A stretch of DNA of 64,000 bases from contig CAVTHO010000004.1 in assembly GCA_963734545.1 (NCBI GenBank), forward strand, positions 704,001 to 768,000, in the 5' to 3' direction. The notes under the pieces are model-generated. The model saw only the letters and a program-made list of their open reading frames with translations, was not told the origin of the DNA and ran no database searches. Shown piece by piece: positions 21,894 to 33,123 of the stretch; position 1 is the first letter of the stretch; each line of letters starts with the position of its first letter. The position numbers and the translations under genes are program-made. The DNA is from an uncultured Spirochaetota bacterium (GTDB lineage Bacteria > Spirochaetota > Spirochaetia > SZUA-6 > Fen-1364).

Positions 21894-22966
21894 AATATGA
21901 AAGTGACCATGACCGTTGGAGAGAAGCCCATGATCAGATAGGGCATCTCAAAGTATATCTCGTAGTCGGCGATTAAGCTGAGGCCCCACCCCTGCGTGAC
22001 CATGAATGTAGCGCCGATTCCGCTTTTCAGAAACGCCGTGAAGTCCGAGAGAGTCCCCTGCGACCCTGTGTTCAGCACGAGCACGGCAGGCCCGCCCGAA
22101 ACATGTGCAAACGCGAGAAGCGGGGTTCCATTTCCTATCTCATAGCGGACGTCCGGTCCGAAGGGGTATCAGGAAGCTCGTGGCAGAGTCCGTTGGGCCT
22201 GTGGCGGAGAAAAAGTTCACGCCTGCATAAAGTCCCACGGCAAAACGTCCGGCAGGAGTGATGAACTGAAGGCTGGCAAGCAGGGAAGGAAAGAGCCCGA
22301 CGGAAAAGTAGTAGCTGGCAGATCCAATCGGGATGAATGACGCAAAACTCGAGGAGAGAGAATAGCGCATGATCGAGGGCGGAACCACTGCCGGCACGGT
22401 GCCGGCGCGGCCTCGGCCGGCATCCGCCCTGCTTCCTCTTCCCTGGGCTGCGCTCTGGCTTGCGCCTGCATTGCAGCCTCTCGCAGGCCTGCAAGCTGCT
22501 TCACTCTCTCCTGAACCGATGACAGGAGGTCGTCAAGCGCTTTCAGGATGACCGAGTCGAGCATGAGATCCAGGGGCCCCTTCTCCTCGCGTATGACAGG
22601 CGGACCCCTTTTTTGAACGTCGCGCCATTGGAGGGAAATAGCCATCTGGGAGCCGACCACGGAATAGCTGCAGCTCAGCGTGATGGCGGCGCCCGCCTCC
22701 CGTGCCTTCGCCTCCAGGTCCGGAGCGCTCGGTGTGCCGGGCAGGAAGCTCACGGCAAGCCCGCGGCTGATCAGCCTGTACCGAACCGCGTCGGCAATGA
22801 CCGGGCCGAACGACTCGGTGTCAGGCACCTGTGGGTAGGTTGCCACAATGATGTCAGGCGGAAGCTCCTGCTGCGCGCCGGAATCCCCCCGGGCGGGGGC
22901 GGGAATGAGGATAAGGATGGCGCATCCGAGCATAATGACTGCGCGTCGCGCCCACTCCGCCATCAT
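21890..22966 (-). CDS. Putative outer-membrane protein (N-terminal alpha/beta domain plus C-terminal beta-barrel-like region), frameshifted
   Basis: Signal peptide; alternating amphipathic strands (FAVGLYAGVNFF, WGLSLIADYEIYF, FSPTVMVTFIL). Confidence 0.5.
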
Positions 22967-23117
22967 GCCCCTGGTGGAACCCGGATTCTTCAAGGTCCTA
23001 CTCTCGATTGATATCAGCGTGCAATCTGAAGCGAGCGCATATATTACTATTTTGGTTAGTTTCTGTCTCCCCTGCAAGCCCTATGAGAAAAACGGCCTAT
23101 GGGGCCGCGCTGTGAGC

Positions 23118-23777
23118 TCAGCCTTGGACCTTGTGAAAAATCCGGGCGAAGAGCATCAGCTTCGGAAACCTGTTCTCCTGGCCGCGCAGCAGCCGGCCGA
23201 TGTTGGCACGGTGCGTGTAGATGATCAGCAGCGCCACGGGAATGGAGAACCAGAAAAGGAGCGGCGAAACCTGCGCCACTCCTGTCCGGTCCAGGACAAG
23301 AAGGACCAGGGGGAACAGCAGGGCAGCACACATCGACGCAACGGAGACGATTCCGAAAGAAATCAGGGTGATTCCGAACACGCCGATGCAGACGAGCAGG
23401 GCAACGGGATAGAGCCCGACGAGCATTCCCGCGGCAGTGGCGACTCCCTTGCCGCCTCGAAAGCCCGCGAACACTGTCCAGACATGACCCACAATTGCCG
23501 CGCAGCCGGCCGCGATCTGCATGAGCTCGTGTGGAATCGCCCCGGGGACGGGTATCCTCGATATGAACAGGGTGGCAGCAAGCCCCTTGGCCACGTCGAC
23601 GAGAACCGTCGGCACGCCCCCTTTCCAGCCAAAAACTCGAAACGCGTTGGTGCCCCCCGCGTTTCCGGAGCCCAGGTCACGCGGATCCTTTCCGAAAAAG
23701 ACCCTGCCCACGATGATGCTTGTGGGAAAGGCGCCAAGAAGATAGGAGCAGAGAACGATCAGGACGACCCCTATCAC
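23118..23777 (-). CDS. plsY: Glycerol-3-phosphate acyltransferase
   Basis: GSGNAGGTN, DVAKG, GHVW, GGKGVAT, HRANIGRL. Confidence 0.96.
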   Translation of the reverse strand: MIGVVLIVLCSYLLGAFPTSIIVGRVFFGKDPRDLGSGNAGGTNAFRVFGWKGGVPTVLVDVAKGLAATLFISRIPVPGAIPHELMQIAAGCAAIVGHVWTVFAGFRGGKGVATAAGMLVGLYPVALLVCIGVFGITLISFGIVSVASMCAALLFPLVLLVLDRTGVAQVSPLLFWFSIPVALLIIYTHRANIGRLLRGQENRFPKLMLFARIFHKVQG

Positions 23778-25607
23778 CCCTTGCGCTCCGGCAGTATGTA
23801 CCCCACGCCTACCGCCCCTTCACCGACATGTGCCGCGAGGACCGAAGTCACTTCCGCCAGGAACACCGGCCGTGCCAGGGTGAAACGTTCGGCAATGCGG
23901 TCCCTGAACCAGAGTGCGTCCGCTTCTGCGTTGGCGTGGGCAATGCCGAACTCCATCGGGACCCGTGGATCGATCTCACGCTCCATCAGACGGAGGATCC
24001 TTTTTCTGCCGCCCTTGACGCCGAAGACCGTGGCGCCCTGCTCGACCTTTCCCTGGGTCTCGGCGTTGAGCCGGAGGATGGGCTTGAGGTGGAGCAGGTT
24101 CGCAACCAGGCCTTTCATCCTGCTTACCCGTCCGCTGCGCATGAGGCTTTCCAGGGTACGCACTGCGACGTGGACGCGTACTCTCGGGATGAGCCGATTC
24201 ATGAGGGCAACGACTTCCTCCCGGGTTGCCCCACGCTCCACCGCCTCGGCGGCCGTGCGCACAAGGAGCCCGAGCCCCATCGAAACGGACTTCGTATCTA
24301 TGACGTCGATATTGTCTCCCGCCAGCTTCGCCCCTGTCCGGGCCGAATCAAAGGTCCCGCTGATTCCGCTCGACAGGGAAAGTGACAGGACCGACTTGTA
24401 GTGTCTGAGCAGGAAGTCGTAGCGCCCCTTGAAATCAGCCGGGGACGGCTGTGAAGTCGTGGGGTGGGAGCTCTTCCGCTGCGCCCCCCGCTGGAGCGAA
24501 AAGAGGATCTGGGGCGTGATGGAAAGCTTGTCGAAGTAGCTCTTGCCTTCGAAATTGAGTATGCAGGGAACGATATGCAGCGTGTGTGCGTCTATCACTT
24601 CCGGGGGAAGATCACAGGCCGAATCAACCGCAATGGCGATGTCGGGGTGAGCCGTATGCGCGGCGCGATATTGCGCTTTCATGTCCTCCACGCGATGGGC
24701 GGCGATATCGCCGTGCCGCACGACGTTCTGGAAGACAAGGCCGGGCGAGTTCGAGTGGATGTGTATCTTGGCCCGGGCCGCGGAGCCTGCCACGATGAGC
24801 GAATGAGCCCATGCCGGACAATTCCGTTCTTATCCTGCCGACATCGATGTCGGAGCCTTCCAGGACGAACTGCGTGCAGTAGCGGAACTCCGGGTCTTCC
24901 ACCGCCTCCCCGGGGATCTCATTCTCTTCAGCGGTCTCTTCCGGTGCGTGTGTGTCGAGCTCGCCGATCCGGCCGGCCGAGATGAACCGTGTGATGCCTG
25001 CCAGCATGTGCACGAGCCCCTGCGCTCCGGCGTCCACCACGCCCGCGAGGGTCAGGACCGACAGGGTTTCCCGGGTGCGCATGAGAGACCTTGCCGCGCT
25101 TCGGTAGGCATGCTGGAGCAGCTCCACGAAGTCATCCGTCCGGGAGCTCCACTCGTAGACCGTGTTCCCCCAGTCCCGCAAGACAGTGAGGATCGTGCCT
25201 TCCCGCGGCTCTGAGACGGCGTCCCATGGGTAGGCAACGGCTTTCCGCACTCCCAGCCCGAAAGAGCGGGTGGTGAGCTTCACCGCGTGGGCCATCTCCT
25301 GCGCGAGCCCGTGAAAGAACTGCGCGAGAATGGTGCCGCTGCAGCCGCGCGCGCCGGAGAGGGCAAGGTCAGCAACGGACCGGAGCATCCTGTCGATGGC
25401 CCGCTCCTTGCTGGGGGCGATCCCGTTCACGATGAAGCCCAGGGTGCCCGCCATGTTGCTGCCCGTATCCCCGTCCGCTACGGGAAACACATTGATGGAG
25501 TTGATGCGCTCTCTGTACCTGATAAGCTGTCGTGCGCCTGCAATCAGGGCTCGTCGGAATCTGAGCCCGTTCAGGTAGCGAATCCGCGGGGCCGCCGCTG
25601 CCGTCAC
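23774..25607 (-). CDS. DAK2-DegV fusion (fatty acid kinase FakA/FakB-like), frameshift near 24800
   Basis: NVFPVADGDTGSNM, GARGCSG, EGTIL, VVDAGA; DegV DSACDL, TTSQPS, SSGISGT, SGRV, AHVGEG. Confidence 0.88.
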
Positions 25608-25819
25608 TGTCGAAGGCTCCTGAGCTGTAGTTGATTCATAAACCACCTTGGGGCAGATTCCGTTCCGGCGGGACACGGTGCCATAGCCACCATAGCATAC
25701 ATTTCATCTCTTTGAATATACTGACGCGAGGGGAAAGCGGGGAGCGCATTAGTGGATGCGCCGGACATCGACTGACCGCTCCGCCCAGGCGGGAATAGGC
25801 TGAGCGCGCAGCCCAGGCG

Positions 25820-25850
25820 AAAAAAAGCCCGCGGTCGGAAGGCCGCGGGC
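25820..25850 (-). terminator. Rho-independent terminator of the 29574-25887 operon
   Basis: GCCCGCGG..CCGCGGGC stem followed by T7 on the minus strand. Confidence 0.85.
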
Positions 25851-25886
25851 GAGCACGTATCAGAATATGGACCTGCTCTCCTGGCT

Positions 25887-27526
25887 TTACTTGACTATGA
25901 CTGTGAAGTATGTCTTCGGCGCGTCTGCGGGAAGGAACGTGGTCCCCTGAACGTACCAATAGTACGTGCCCGGTTTCAGATCTCCCACCGGGATATCGAG
26001 GTAGTTTATTAATTCCGTTCTTCCCAACGGCCCGAACTTGGGAATAGGAGCAGCAGTCGCGACGTAAATACGGTAGCCAGTGGTCATGGGTCGCCACTCA
26101 AAGTGAATAGGCAGTGCGACGTTAACCATCGCGCCATCCGGGGGCAACGCGGGGACAACCACAACGTCTTGCTCTGCAAAATTCGAGAGATTCCCGACAT
26201 CGTCGTATTCGGCAACCTTCAGGGTCCACTTTCCGTCACTGAGAGGGTAAACACGCTGCTGGATCAACTCTGCCAGGTGAGCCGCATTGACGGGGAATGA
26301 GGCCGATTTCAACTTTCCCTCCCATCTCACCTCTCCCTTTGGGCTCCACAATTGAATTATATACATCCCGCTCCCCCGTTTCCACCAGATGCCCACGTCC
26401 ATGTCGGGGTAACCGCTGGGGTCGTGATGGGATTGAATACCGGCACATTGGGAGGCGTCGCGTCCCTTTTCACGGTGAGGGTGGCAGAGTTGGTGCGTAA
26501 AACGCCGTCCGTAACTGTGAGGGTGACGACGTAGGTGCCATCTGCACTGGCGCTTATGGTGGTGTTCAATGCGTTTGACGACCCGAACGTGATTGCCGCC
26601 GGGCCGGTCCAATTCCACTTCGTGATACCGCTTGCGTCTGACGCTTTCGCGTTGGTCGTTCTTGTCGGAGTGCTCATAGTCAGAGTGCTCATCGATCCGG
26701 CGGACACGGTGGGATTGGTCGTATCGAGGATGACCGTGTCGGTTGCCACGGGCGATACGTCCCCCGTGGCGGTCCTCAGGAACTGAATATAGATTGTCTT
26801 TGTCCCGTCACCTGCGGGGAGCTCGATATCGGACCGGAGCGGAGTATACACATCCCCCGAGCCAAAGCTGGGTAGCGAGCCAACCATCACTGGATCGGTA
26901 AAGCTGCTCGAACGCTGTCGCCGATGTCGCCATTCTGTACTTGTCCACAACTGCCTTGAAGTGTATCCAGAGCTTCAGGGGCGAGGGAGCCCCGATATAC
27001 GTGATTTCCCTGGGATTTCCTTGCAACCGTCGAGAACCCCGTCGGTAATGGTGATATCTCCCGCCGGGTAAACTCCCGTCGTGAATGACCAGCTCATGGG
27101 AGTCTCGATCTCGCTCGCATCGTCCCCGAGCACGGCCGAGGTAACGGTGACGTCATACGCAGTGTTATCATTCAGAAAGGGCTTGGGCGTCAGTGTCACG
27201 GTCTTGTTCGAGTTGCTGTAGCTTATGGTAAGGGAGTAATTCACGGCCGCGCCATTGCTGGGCTTGATCGCGATGCTGGCAGCGGAAACAGTGCTCGTGT
27301 CGACCGGCCTGTCGAACTCGATCGTGATCGGGGTTCCTGGATTCACGCTTGTTGTGCCGGTGGGTGACTGCAGGCCTTTCACAACCAGGAATTTGGCATT
27401 GGCCCTCTTCACCTCCGTGGTGACGGTCTGGAGGATGTCGATGGGGTTGGAGCACGTCATGAAGGAAAGAGCCACTCCGAAGAGGACGCCGATACCGCAG
27501 AGGCTTCTTCTCACTCTTCGTTCCAT
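25887..27526 (-). CDS. Multi-Ig-domain lipoprotein B (Big_5, PKD-like), frameshifted
   Basis: Lipobox SFMTC; ITIEFDRPVD, TLTPKPFL, WSFTTG, GDGTKTIYIQF, GTYVVTLTVTD; fragments 26975, 26357 and 25887. Confidence 0.7.
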
Positions 27527-29574
27527 GACGACACCTCCTTCTCCGCTGAGGCGGCCCGGCCCTTGCCGCCGCTCCCCGCGTCCAGGCTGGCCAGACGCTC
27601 CGCCGCTTCTGGATCTGCAGTCTTGAGCTGTACCAGTGCGGTCTGGACCGCGTTCGTGTCCCCCAGCTCGTAGCCGGCCATGGCGATTCCCTGCAGCGCG
27701 AACGAGTTGTTCGACGACCTCTTCAAGGCGCGCGTGTAGTAGTCCAGCGCGCCCTGGTTGTCGCCTCTCATGTAGGCGATATTGCCGAGGTTGACCAGGG
27801 CCGAGGGGACTTCCCCGTTCGTGGTCACGATCTTCTCGAACTGCTGGCGGGCTTCGTCGTACCTGCCGAACCTGGCATAGAGGACGCCAAGCCTGTTCAG
27901 AAGCCTGCTGTCTGTCTTCTGCAGCCTCAGATCATCCTGCAGCTTCGAGATGCGCGGCTGGAACGCGGCGGTCCAGAAGGCCTGCAGCTCGGCTGCGTAC
28001 GCGGCATAGACGCGCTCGGAGTCCGGCGGGCTGATGTTGACCCTTATAATATCTCCCGTGTTTGCCGGAGAGAATTTCTCCCAGGCATCACGGACAGGAA
28101 TGAAGGCGGCGTTCTGGCCGGCAGAAGCCGAGCGCCATTCCTGCGCGCCTGTCTGCCACGCCCTGAGAAATCCGTCCCGGACCCGGGTGATCTCCACGGG
28201 AATCCAGGTCTCGTTTTCCCTGGTGATCAGGTCCGCCGGGTTCACGAAGGTGGCGGCTGCGGTGCGCGGATCCAGGTCGAGATTGAACGCCACGTAGATG
28301 TGACCGGGAACCGTGATGAACGCGGTCTCGATGCCGGCGGACTCGAGGAGGGCCGCGTACAGGATCGTAAGATCGTCACAGTCACCCGCCCGGGTCTCCA
28401 GGGTCTGGGCAGGGAATTGCAGGTAGTCCACCGCTTCCTTGTTCTCCACCTTGGAGGCAAAAGTCTTCGGGTCGGGTATATAAGCGACACCCTGGATTCT
28501 CATGGCGGTGAAGAGCGCCATTGCGGCCCGGAATGTGACGTTGATCGCCGCGGTCCCCCTGGACCGGGCGTCGGGCACGGCCCGCGCAGCGAAGCTGCGG
28601 ATGTTCATGTCATTCGACGTAATGAACGCGGCGGCCTTGCAGGTGTCATCCCACGTCATGCCGTTCCTGTTGTGCACGGTCACGGTCACCGGATAGCTGC
28701 CCGTCACGTCGTTTCCGAAGTACTTGTAGGCGACGCTGATCTCGCCCGCCACCTTCGTGGCCTCTGTGACCCCGAAGATGTTGTCCCGAACAAGGGCGAA
28801 TACGTCGAACGTCTTTTCCTCACCTCGCGCGAGCTCCTTGCAGGTCCAGGTAACCTTGGGCTGGTCCATGAACTGCTTGACGAAGAAGCTCACTTTCAGG
28901 TCCTGGATCGTCCCCGTGCTGGTGTTCTTGATGGTCGTTGATCCTGCCGGGTTTTTGTCGTAATAGCTGTAAAACAGCGGGAAAATCGGCCGAAGGGCGG
29001 GCTCGACCTTGAGGTTCGCGGCGCCCCCTCCCGCGCCGATATGATAGCGCACGCCGAAGCTCACCCCGATGCCCTGGTACAAGGGATCCGTCGGCGTAAA
29101 GTTGTACCTGTAGGATGCACCGAGGGCGAGGGTGAGAGAAGGGTTCAGCAGGTAGCTGACGTCAGCCAGGCCCCCTATGTAGGGGTTGAATACAGTCCCC
29201 TCCGCGACCATACCGGCATATTCACCCCCGCAAGCGGCCAGCCGGAGTCCCAGACGCGGAATTGGGAAGTACTGGACACCGAGCTCCGCCCCGAGCGACA
29301 GGAGTGTGACGGATTTGGTAGAAGAGTTGATCGGCACCAGGTCCGCCCCCAGCGCGAGTCCCGAATAGAGAAACTGCGCAAAGGACGGCGTGTATTCGCC
29401 CTTCACCGACACCCCGCCGCCTATCGAATAATAGGGCGTGCCGTCCGACAATACAGGCCCCAGCGGGATGTTGACGGTCGGATACGCTGTCAGGGTGAAA
29501 TCACTGGTGACCTGCGCCCAGCCCAGGGCGCCCACAAGAACCAGGCCGAGAGCGACGACGCATTTCTGATTCAT
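27511..29574 (-). CDS. Putative beta-barrel + Ig + transglutaminase-like + TPR protein
   Basis: Signal peptide; N-terminal amphipathic strands ending GIGVSFGVRY; GDCDDLTILYAALLE, PGHIYVAF, WIPVE; TPRs (LNRLGVLYARFGRY, LVNLGNIAY). Confidence 0.8.
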   Translation of the reverse strand: MNQKCVVALGLVLVGALGWAQVTSDFTLTAYPTVNIPLGPVLSDGTPYYSIGGGVSVKGEYTPSFAQFLYSGLALGADLVPINSSTKSVTLLSLGAELGVQYFPIPRLGLRLAACGGEYAGMVAEGTVFNPYIGGLADVSYLLNPSLTLALGASYRYNFTPTDPLYQGIGVSFGVRYHIGAGGGAANLKVEPALRPIFPLFYSYYDKNPAGSTTIKNTSTGTIQDLKVSFFVKQFMDQPKVTWTCKELARGEEKTFDVFALVRDNIFGVTEATKVAGEISVAYKYFGNDVTGSYPVTVTVHNRNGMTWDDTCKAAAFITSNDMNIRSFAARAVPDARSRGTAAINVTFRAAMALFTAMRIQGVAYIPDPKTFASKVENKEAVDYLQFPAQTLETRAGDCDDLTILYAALLESAGIETAFITVPGHIYVAFNLDLDPRTAAATFVNPADLITRENETWIPVEITRVRDGFLRAWQTGAQEWRSASAGQNAAFIPVRDAWEKFSPANTGDIIRVNISPPDSERVYAAYAAELQAFWTAAFQPRISKLQDDLRLQKTDSRLLNRLGVLYARFGRYDEARQQFEKIVTTNGEVPSALVNLGNIAYMRGDNQGALDYYTRALKRSSNNSFALQGIAMAGYELGDTNAVQTALVQLKTADPEAAERLASLDAGSGGKGRAASAEKEVSSWNEE

Positions 29575-29635
29575 GGGACCTTCCCCTTTTAATCAACATT
29601 CCTGCATGCCCGCACATCTTATGGAGTCACTCATA

Positions 29636-29665
29636 ATTATACACCCCGTGGCAAGTTTTTCTCAA
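29636..29665 (-). promoter_or_regulatory. sigma70 promoter for the barrel/transglutaminase operon
   Basis: TTGAGA-18nt-TATAAT. Confidence 0.5.
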
Positions 29666-29670
29666 CCCGC

Positions 29671-29745
29671 GCCTGCGCCGAGTTTGGCGGCGCACGAATC
29701 CGCCGAATACGGCGGCGCAGGAATCCCCCGAATACGGCGGCGCGC
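29671..29745. repeat. 25-nt tandem palindromic repeat (family A)
   Basis: GAATCCGCCGAATACGGCGGCGC at 29696, variant at 29721, degenerate copy at 29671. Confidence 0.8.
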
Positions 29746-29761
29746 ATCGCGTGCCGATGTC

Positions 29762-29824
29762 TTGACAACCGTCCCCGGCTGGTATAGAATTCGACCATTA
29801 GACCATATTGGTCGAATGGTCGAA
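29762..29824 (+). promoter_or_regulatory. sigma70 promoter and palindromic TetR operator
   Basis: TTGACA-17nt-TAGAAT directly followed by TTCGACCATT-A-GACCA-TAT-TGGTC-G-AATGGTCGAA. Confidence 0.85.
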
Positions 29825-29841
29825 ACCGGAGGTCGGTGCAC

Positions 29842-30429
29842 ATGCACGAGGTCGCGCACAAGGATTACCGCAAGCAGATCCTTCAGACGGCGGGGAATGT
29901 CATCCGCCAGTTCGGATTCGAAAAAACCACGATGAGCGACATCGCGAGGGCTCTTCGCAAGGGAAAGAGCTCGCTGTACCACTATTTCTCGAACAAGGAC
30001 CAGATCTTCGAGGAGGTGCTGCGGAGCGAGATCGACGAGCTGAAGGTGGAGTTCATGAGGGTCATCGAAGCGGAGCCGACACCGGAGAGCAAGATACGCG
30101 CATATGTGCTCAACCGCATGGACATGTTCCGCAAGCTGGCCCGGCGGCACATGTCATTCATCGAAGGCACGGCGGAACGCTACGACCTGCTCCTGAAGAT
30201 CCACGAGGAGTACGACCATGAAGAGATAAGGATCATGGCGGAGATCTTCACGCGCGGCGTCGCGGAGGGGCATTTCACGATCAAGGACATCCCGGCCACT
30301 GCCGCTACCTTCGTGACCGCCCTCAAGGCATTCGAGTATCCCTTCTCAAAAGTGGCAAACGCCGCCCGAACGGCAAGAGAGCTGGATTCCCTGCTGGAAA
30401 TACTGTTCAGCGGAATATTGGCCCGTTGA
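29842..30429 (+). CDS. TetR/AcrR family regulator
   Basis: GFEKTTMSDIARALRKGKSSLYHYFSNKDQI HTH. Confidence 0.95.
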   Translation: MHEVAHKDYRKQILQTAGNVIRQFGFEKTTMSDIARALRKGKSSLYHYFSNKDQIFEEVLRSEIDELKVEFMRVIEAEPTPESKIRAYVLNRMDMFRKLARRHMSFIEGTAERYDLLLKIHEEYDHEEIRIMAEIFTRGVAEGHFTIKDIPATAATFVTALKAFEYPFSKVANAARTARELDSLLEILFSGILAR

Positions 30430-30432
30430 TAT

Positions 30433-33123
30433 ATGAAGAAACTCACCGGGCTGGTCTTCAGATACCGTCTCCCCATCATTGCCGTCTTTGCCGCGGTCAC
30501 GCTTTTCTTTGGCTATTGGATCAGGGAGATACGGATCAACAGCGACGTGACGAGCTACCTTCCCGGGGAAGATCCGGCGGTCGCGCTGTACAACCGGATG
30601 GACGAGAGGTTCGGGGGAAATGATCTCGTCATGACCGCGGTCACGGCGCCAGACATCTTCACGGTGCAGGCCCTCCGGGACATCGCCGCGCTTACGGACG
30701 CATTCGGCCGGCTCACCGGGGTGACCTCCGTGACCAGCCTGTCCAACGTGATGGACATACGCAAGGGAGCAGACGGCAGCATCGAGATCGGGAAGCTCAT
30801 TGACGCGGATGATCTGCCTGCCACGGACGGCCGGCTCCACGCGCTTCGCAATGACGTCATGGGCAGGGAGAGGTACCGGGGCAGCCTCGTGTCCATGGAC
30901 GCCACGTCCACCCTCATCGTCTGTCAGCTCGCGCGCGGCGCGGACAGAAGCGCCGTGGTGCGCGCCATGCAGGCCTCGGCCCGCTCCTCCGGCGTGCAGG
31001 AAAAACTCTACTTCGGGGGGGTGCCGGTTCTCGTGGCTGAGCTCAGCACGATCATGTTCCACGACCTTGTTCTGCTCATCCCCATCGTGCTGCTCCTGAT
31101 CATCCTGACCCTGTATGTCAGCTTTGGCACAGTCCGCGGAGTGCTGGTCCCCCTGGTCTCCGTCATCATCAGCACGGTCTGGGTGCTGGGTCTCATGGGT
31201 CTTTTCCGGGTGCCGCTGACACTCGTCTCAGACATCATTCCCGCGCTTCTTCTGGCCATCGGAACAGCCCCCTGCATTCACATCCTGAGCAAGTACGACG
31301 AAGACGTGACACTGTACGGCAGCAGCGGTGAGAAGTCCCAGGCTGCCTTCAGGGAGGTGGGCATCCGGGTCATCCTCGCTGCGCTCACGATCGTCCTCGG
31401 GTTTTCCTCCTTCATCATGGGGTCCTACCTCACCGCCATCCGGGATTTCGGCATCTTCTCTTCGATCGGGGTGTGCTTCTCCCTGATCGTCTCCGTCGTT
31501 TTCGTTCCCGCGCTGCTGGCCACCCTCACCGTCAGGCCGAAGCGCGTCAACCCGGAAAGGACCGCGCGGCTCCGGCGAGCGGGAGCACCGCCCATCGCCA
31601 GGGCAATGAGCGCCTGGGGGGACATGGTGGTCCGGCACAGAAAGGCCATCCTCATAGCAGGCGCCATCGTTCTGATCGCGGGCGCCGCGGGAATCCCGCT
31701 GATCCAGCAGAAGGCGGATTTCGCCTTCTTCCTCCCCCCGTCAAACGGCGTGCGGTTGACCGAGAATCTTCTCCAGAATGATTTCGGAGGCTCCCGGCCG
31801 CTCCAGATACATTTTTCCGGTGATATGCAGAATCCGTTCGTGCTCAAGGAGATGCTCCGGCTCGAGCGTTTTCTCGAAGGCCGGGGGCTTGCCCGCAACC
31901 CGATCTCCGTGGCGGACCTGATTGCAGAGATGAATGACATCATGGAAAACCGCAAGACCGTCCCGGACAGCCAGGAGAAAGTAGCGAACCTCATGTTCCT
32001 GCTCGAAGGACAGGACCTCGTGACCCGGATGCTGAGTGATGACAAGAGCGAGGCCCAGGTCCAGGCGATGACGGGATCGCTGGGTGTCACGGAGCTTCAG
32101 CGGACGGTGGATTTGCTGGACAGCTACATCCGCAATCTGGACACGAAGCTCGTGGCGGTGAGCGTGGATGAGCTCCCCCCGCAGGATCAAGCCATCGTCC
32201 TGAACTACCGCATCCAGCGCGGACTCGAGATGCTGCGCTGGATGGCGGGCAAACGCATGCCGGATCTTGCTCTCGACGATTCAATGCTTCCAGAAACGCT
32301 CTCATCGGCGCTGCGTGACGCCGGCCGGACGAAAGAACACGACCAGGCGCTCCTGCGCGTGCTCTCTCTTTTCCCGAAGGAGCTGCAGGCCGATCAGTCA
32401 TTCCGCGAGGATGTGGCGCGTGAGCTCGACGAGTTGTCTCGAGACAGCACTGCCGTGCCGGAGGCAATCTACACGAGCCTGTCCGCTGCATCCGGCGCCG
32501 TTCCGCAGATCATCCAGTTCAAGGTGAGCTGGACGGGGATGCCTCTCATCTCCTGGCACCTGGACAAGAGCATCATCAAGAGCCAGGCAGAGAGCCTGGT
32601 GATCGCCCTGATCTTCATTTTCCTGCTCCTGGCAGTCAGGCTCAGATCCTGGATCGGCGGGCTCATCGGTCTGGTTCCCATTGTCCTGGCCATCGTCCTG
32701 ATGTTCGGCATCATGGGATTTGCCGGCATCCCGATCAATGTGGCCACCGTTCTTGTCGGCGCCATCGCGCTGGGTATCGGAATAGACTACGTCATCCATT
32801 TCAGCATCCGGTTCACCACCTATTACCGCGGCCCCGGGACGGCGGCATTCGCGGTCAAGCGGACGATGCAGACCACCGGTCGGGCCATCATCATCAACGT
32901 GATGGCCGTCACCATGGGTTTCATCACACTGATTTTCGCTCACCTGCTGCCCCTGCAGCAGTTCGGGATACTCACCGCTATCGCCATGCTGGGCAGCGGG
33001 CTGGGCGCGCTCACCCTGCTGCCGGCGCTCATTCTGCTGGTGCCGTCGGCGTTCGCGGGCCGCACACCGGGAAAGAAAAGCGCGCGTACGGGCATCGCCC
33101 CCCGGAAGGAGATTACCTCATGA
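30433..33123 (+). CDS. MMPL/RND family transporter
   Basis: Two TM repeats with large periplasmic loops; IALGIGIDYVIHF, TGRAII. Confidence 0.92.
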   Translation: MKKLTGLVFRYRLPIIAVFAAVTLFFGYWIREIRINSDVTSYLPGEDPAVALYNRMDERFGGNDLVMTAVTAPDIFTVQALRDIAALTDAFGRLTGVTSVTSLSNVMDIRKGADGSIEIGKLIDADDLPATDGRLHALRNDVMGRERYRGSLVSMDATSTLIVCQLARGADRSAVVRAMQASARSSGVQEKLYFGGVPVLVAELSTIMFHDLVLLIPIVLLLIILTLYVSFGTVRGVLVPLVSVIISTVWVLGLMGLFRVPLTLVSDIIPALLLAIGTAPCIHILSKYDEDVTLYGSSGEKSQAAFREVGIRVILAALTIVLGFSSFIMGSYLTAIRDFGIFSSIGVCFSLIVSVVFVPALLATLTVRPKRVNPERTARLRRAGAPPIARAMSAWGDMVVRHRKAILIAGAIVLIAGAAGIPLIQQKADFAFFLPPSNGVRLTENLLQNDFGGSRPLQIHFSGDMQNPFVLKEMLRLERFLEGRGLARNPISVADLIAEMNDIMENRKTVPDSQEKVANLMFLLEGQDLVTRMLSDDKSEAQVQAMTGSLGVTELQRTVDLLDSYIRNLDTKLVAVSVDELPPQDQAIVLNYRIQRGLEMLRWMAGKRMPDLALDDSMLPETLSSALRDAGRTKEHDQALLRVLSLFPKELQADQSFREDVARELDELSRDSTAVPEAIYTSLSAASGAVPQIIQFKVSWTGMPLISWHLDKSIIKSQAESLVIALIFIFLLLAVRLRSWIGGLIGLVPIVLAIVLMFGIMGFAGIPINVATVLVGAIALGIGIDYVIHFSIRFTTYYRGPGTAAFAVKRTMQTTGRAIIINVMAVTMGFITLIFAHLLPLQQFGILTAIAMLGSGLGALTLLPALILLVPSAFAGRTPGKKSARTGIAPRKEITS

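Noticed and set aside
13949-27526. Diversity-generating retroelement or invertase-driven variation of the Ig lipoproteins
   Set aside because: No reverse transcriptase, recombinase or near-identical TR/VR pair seen
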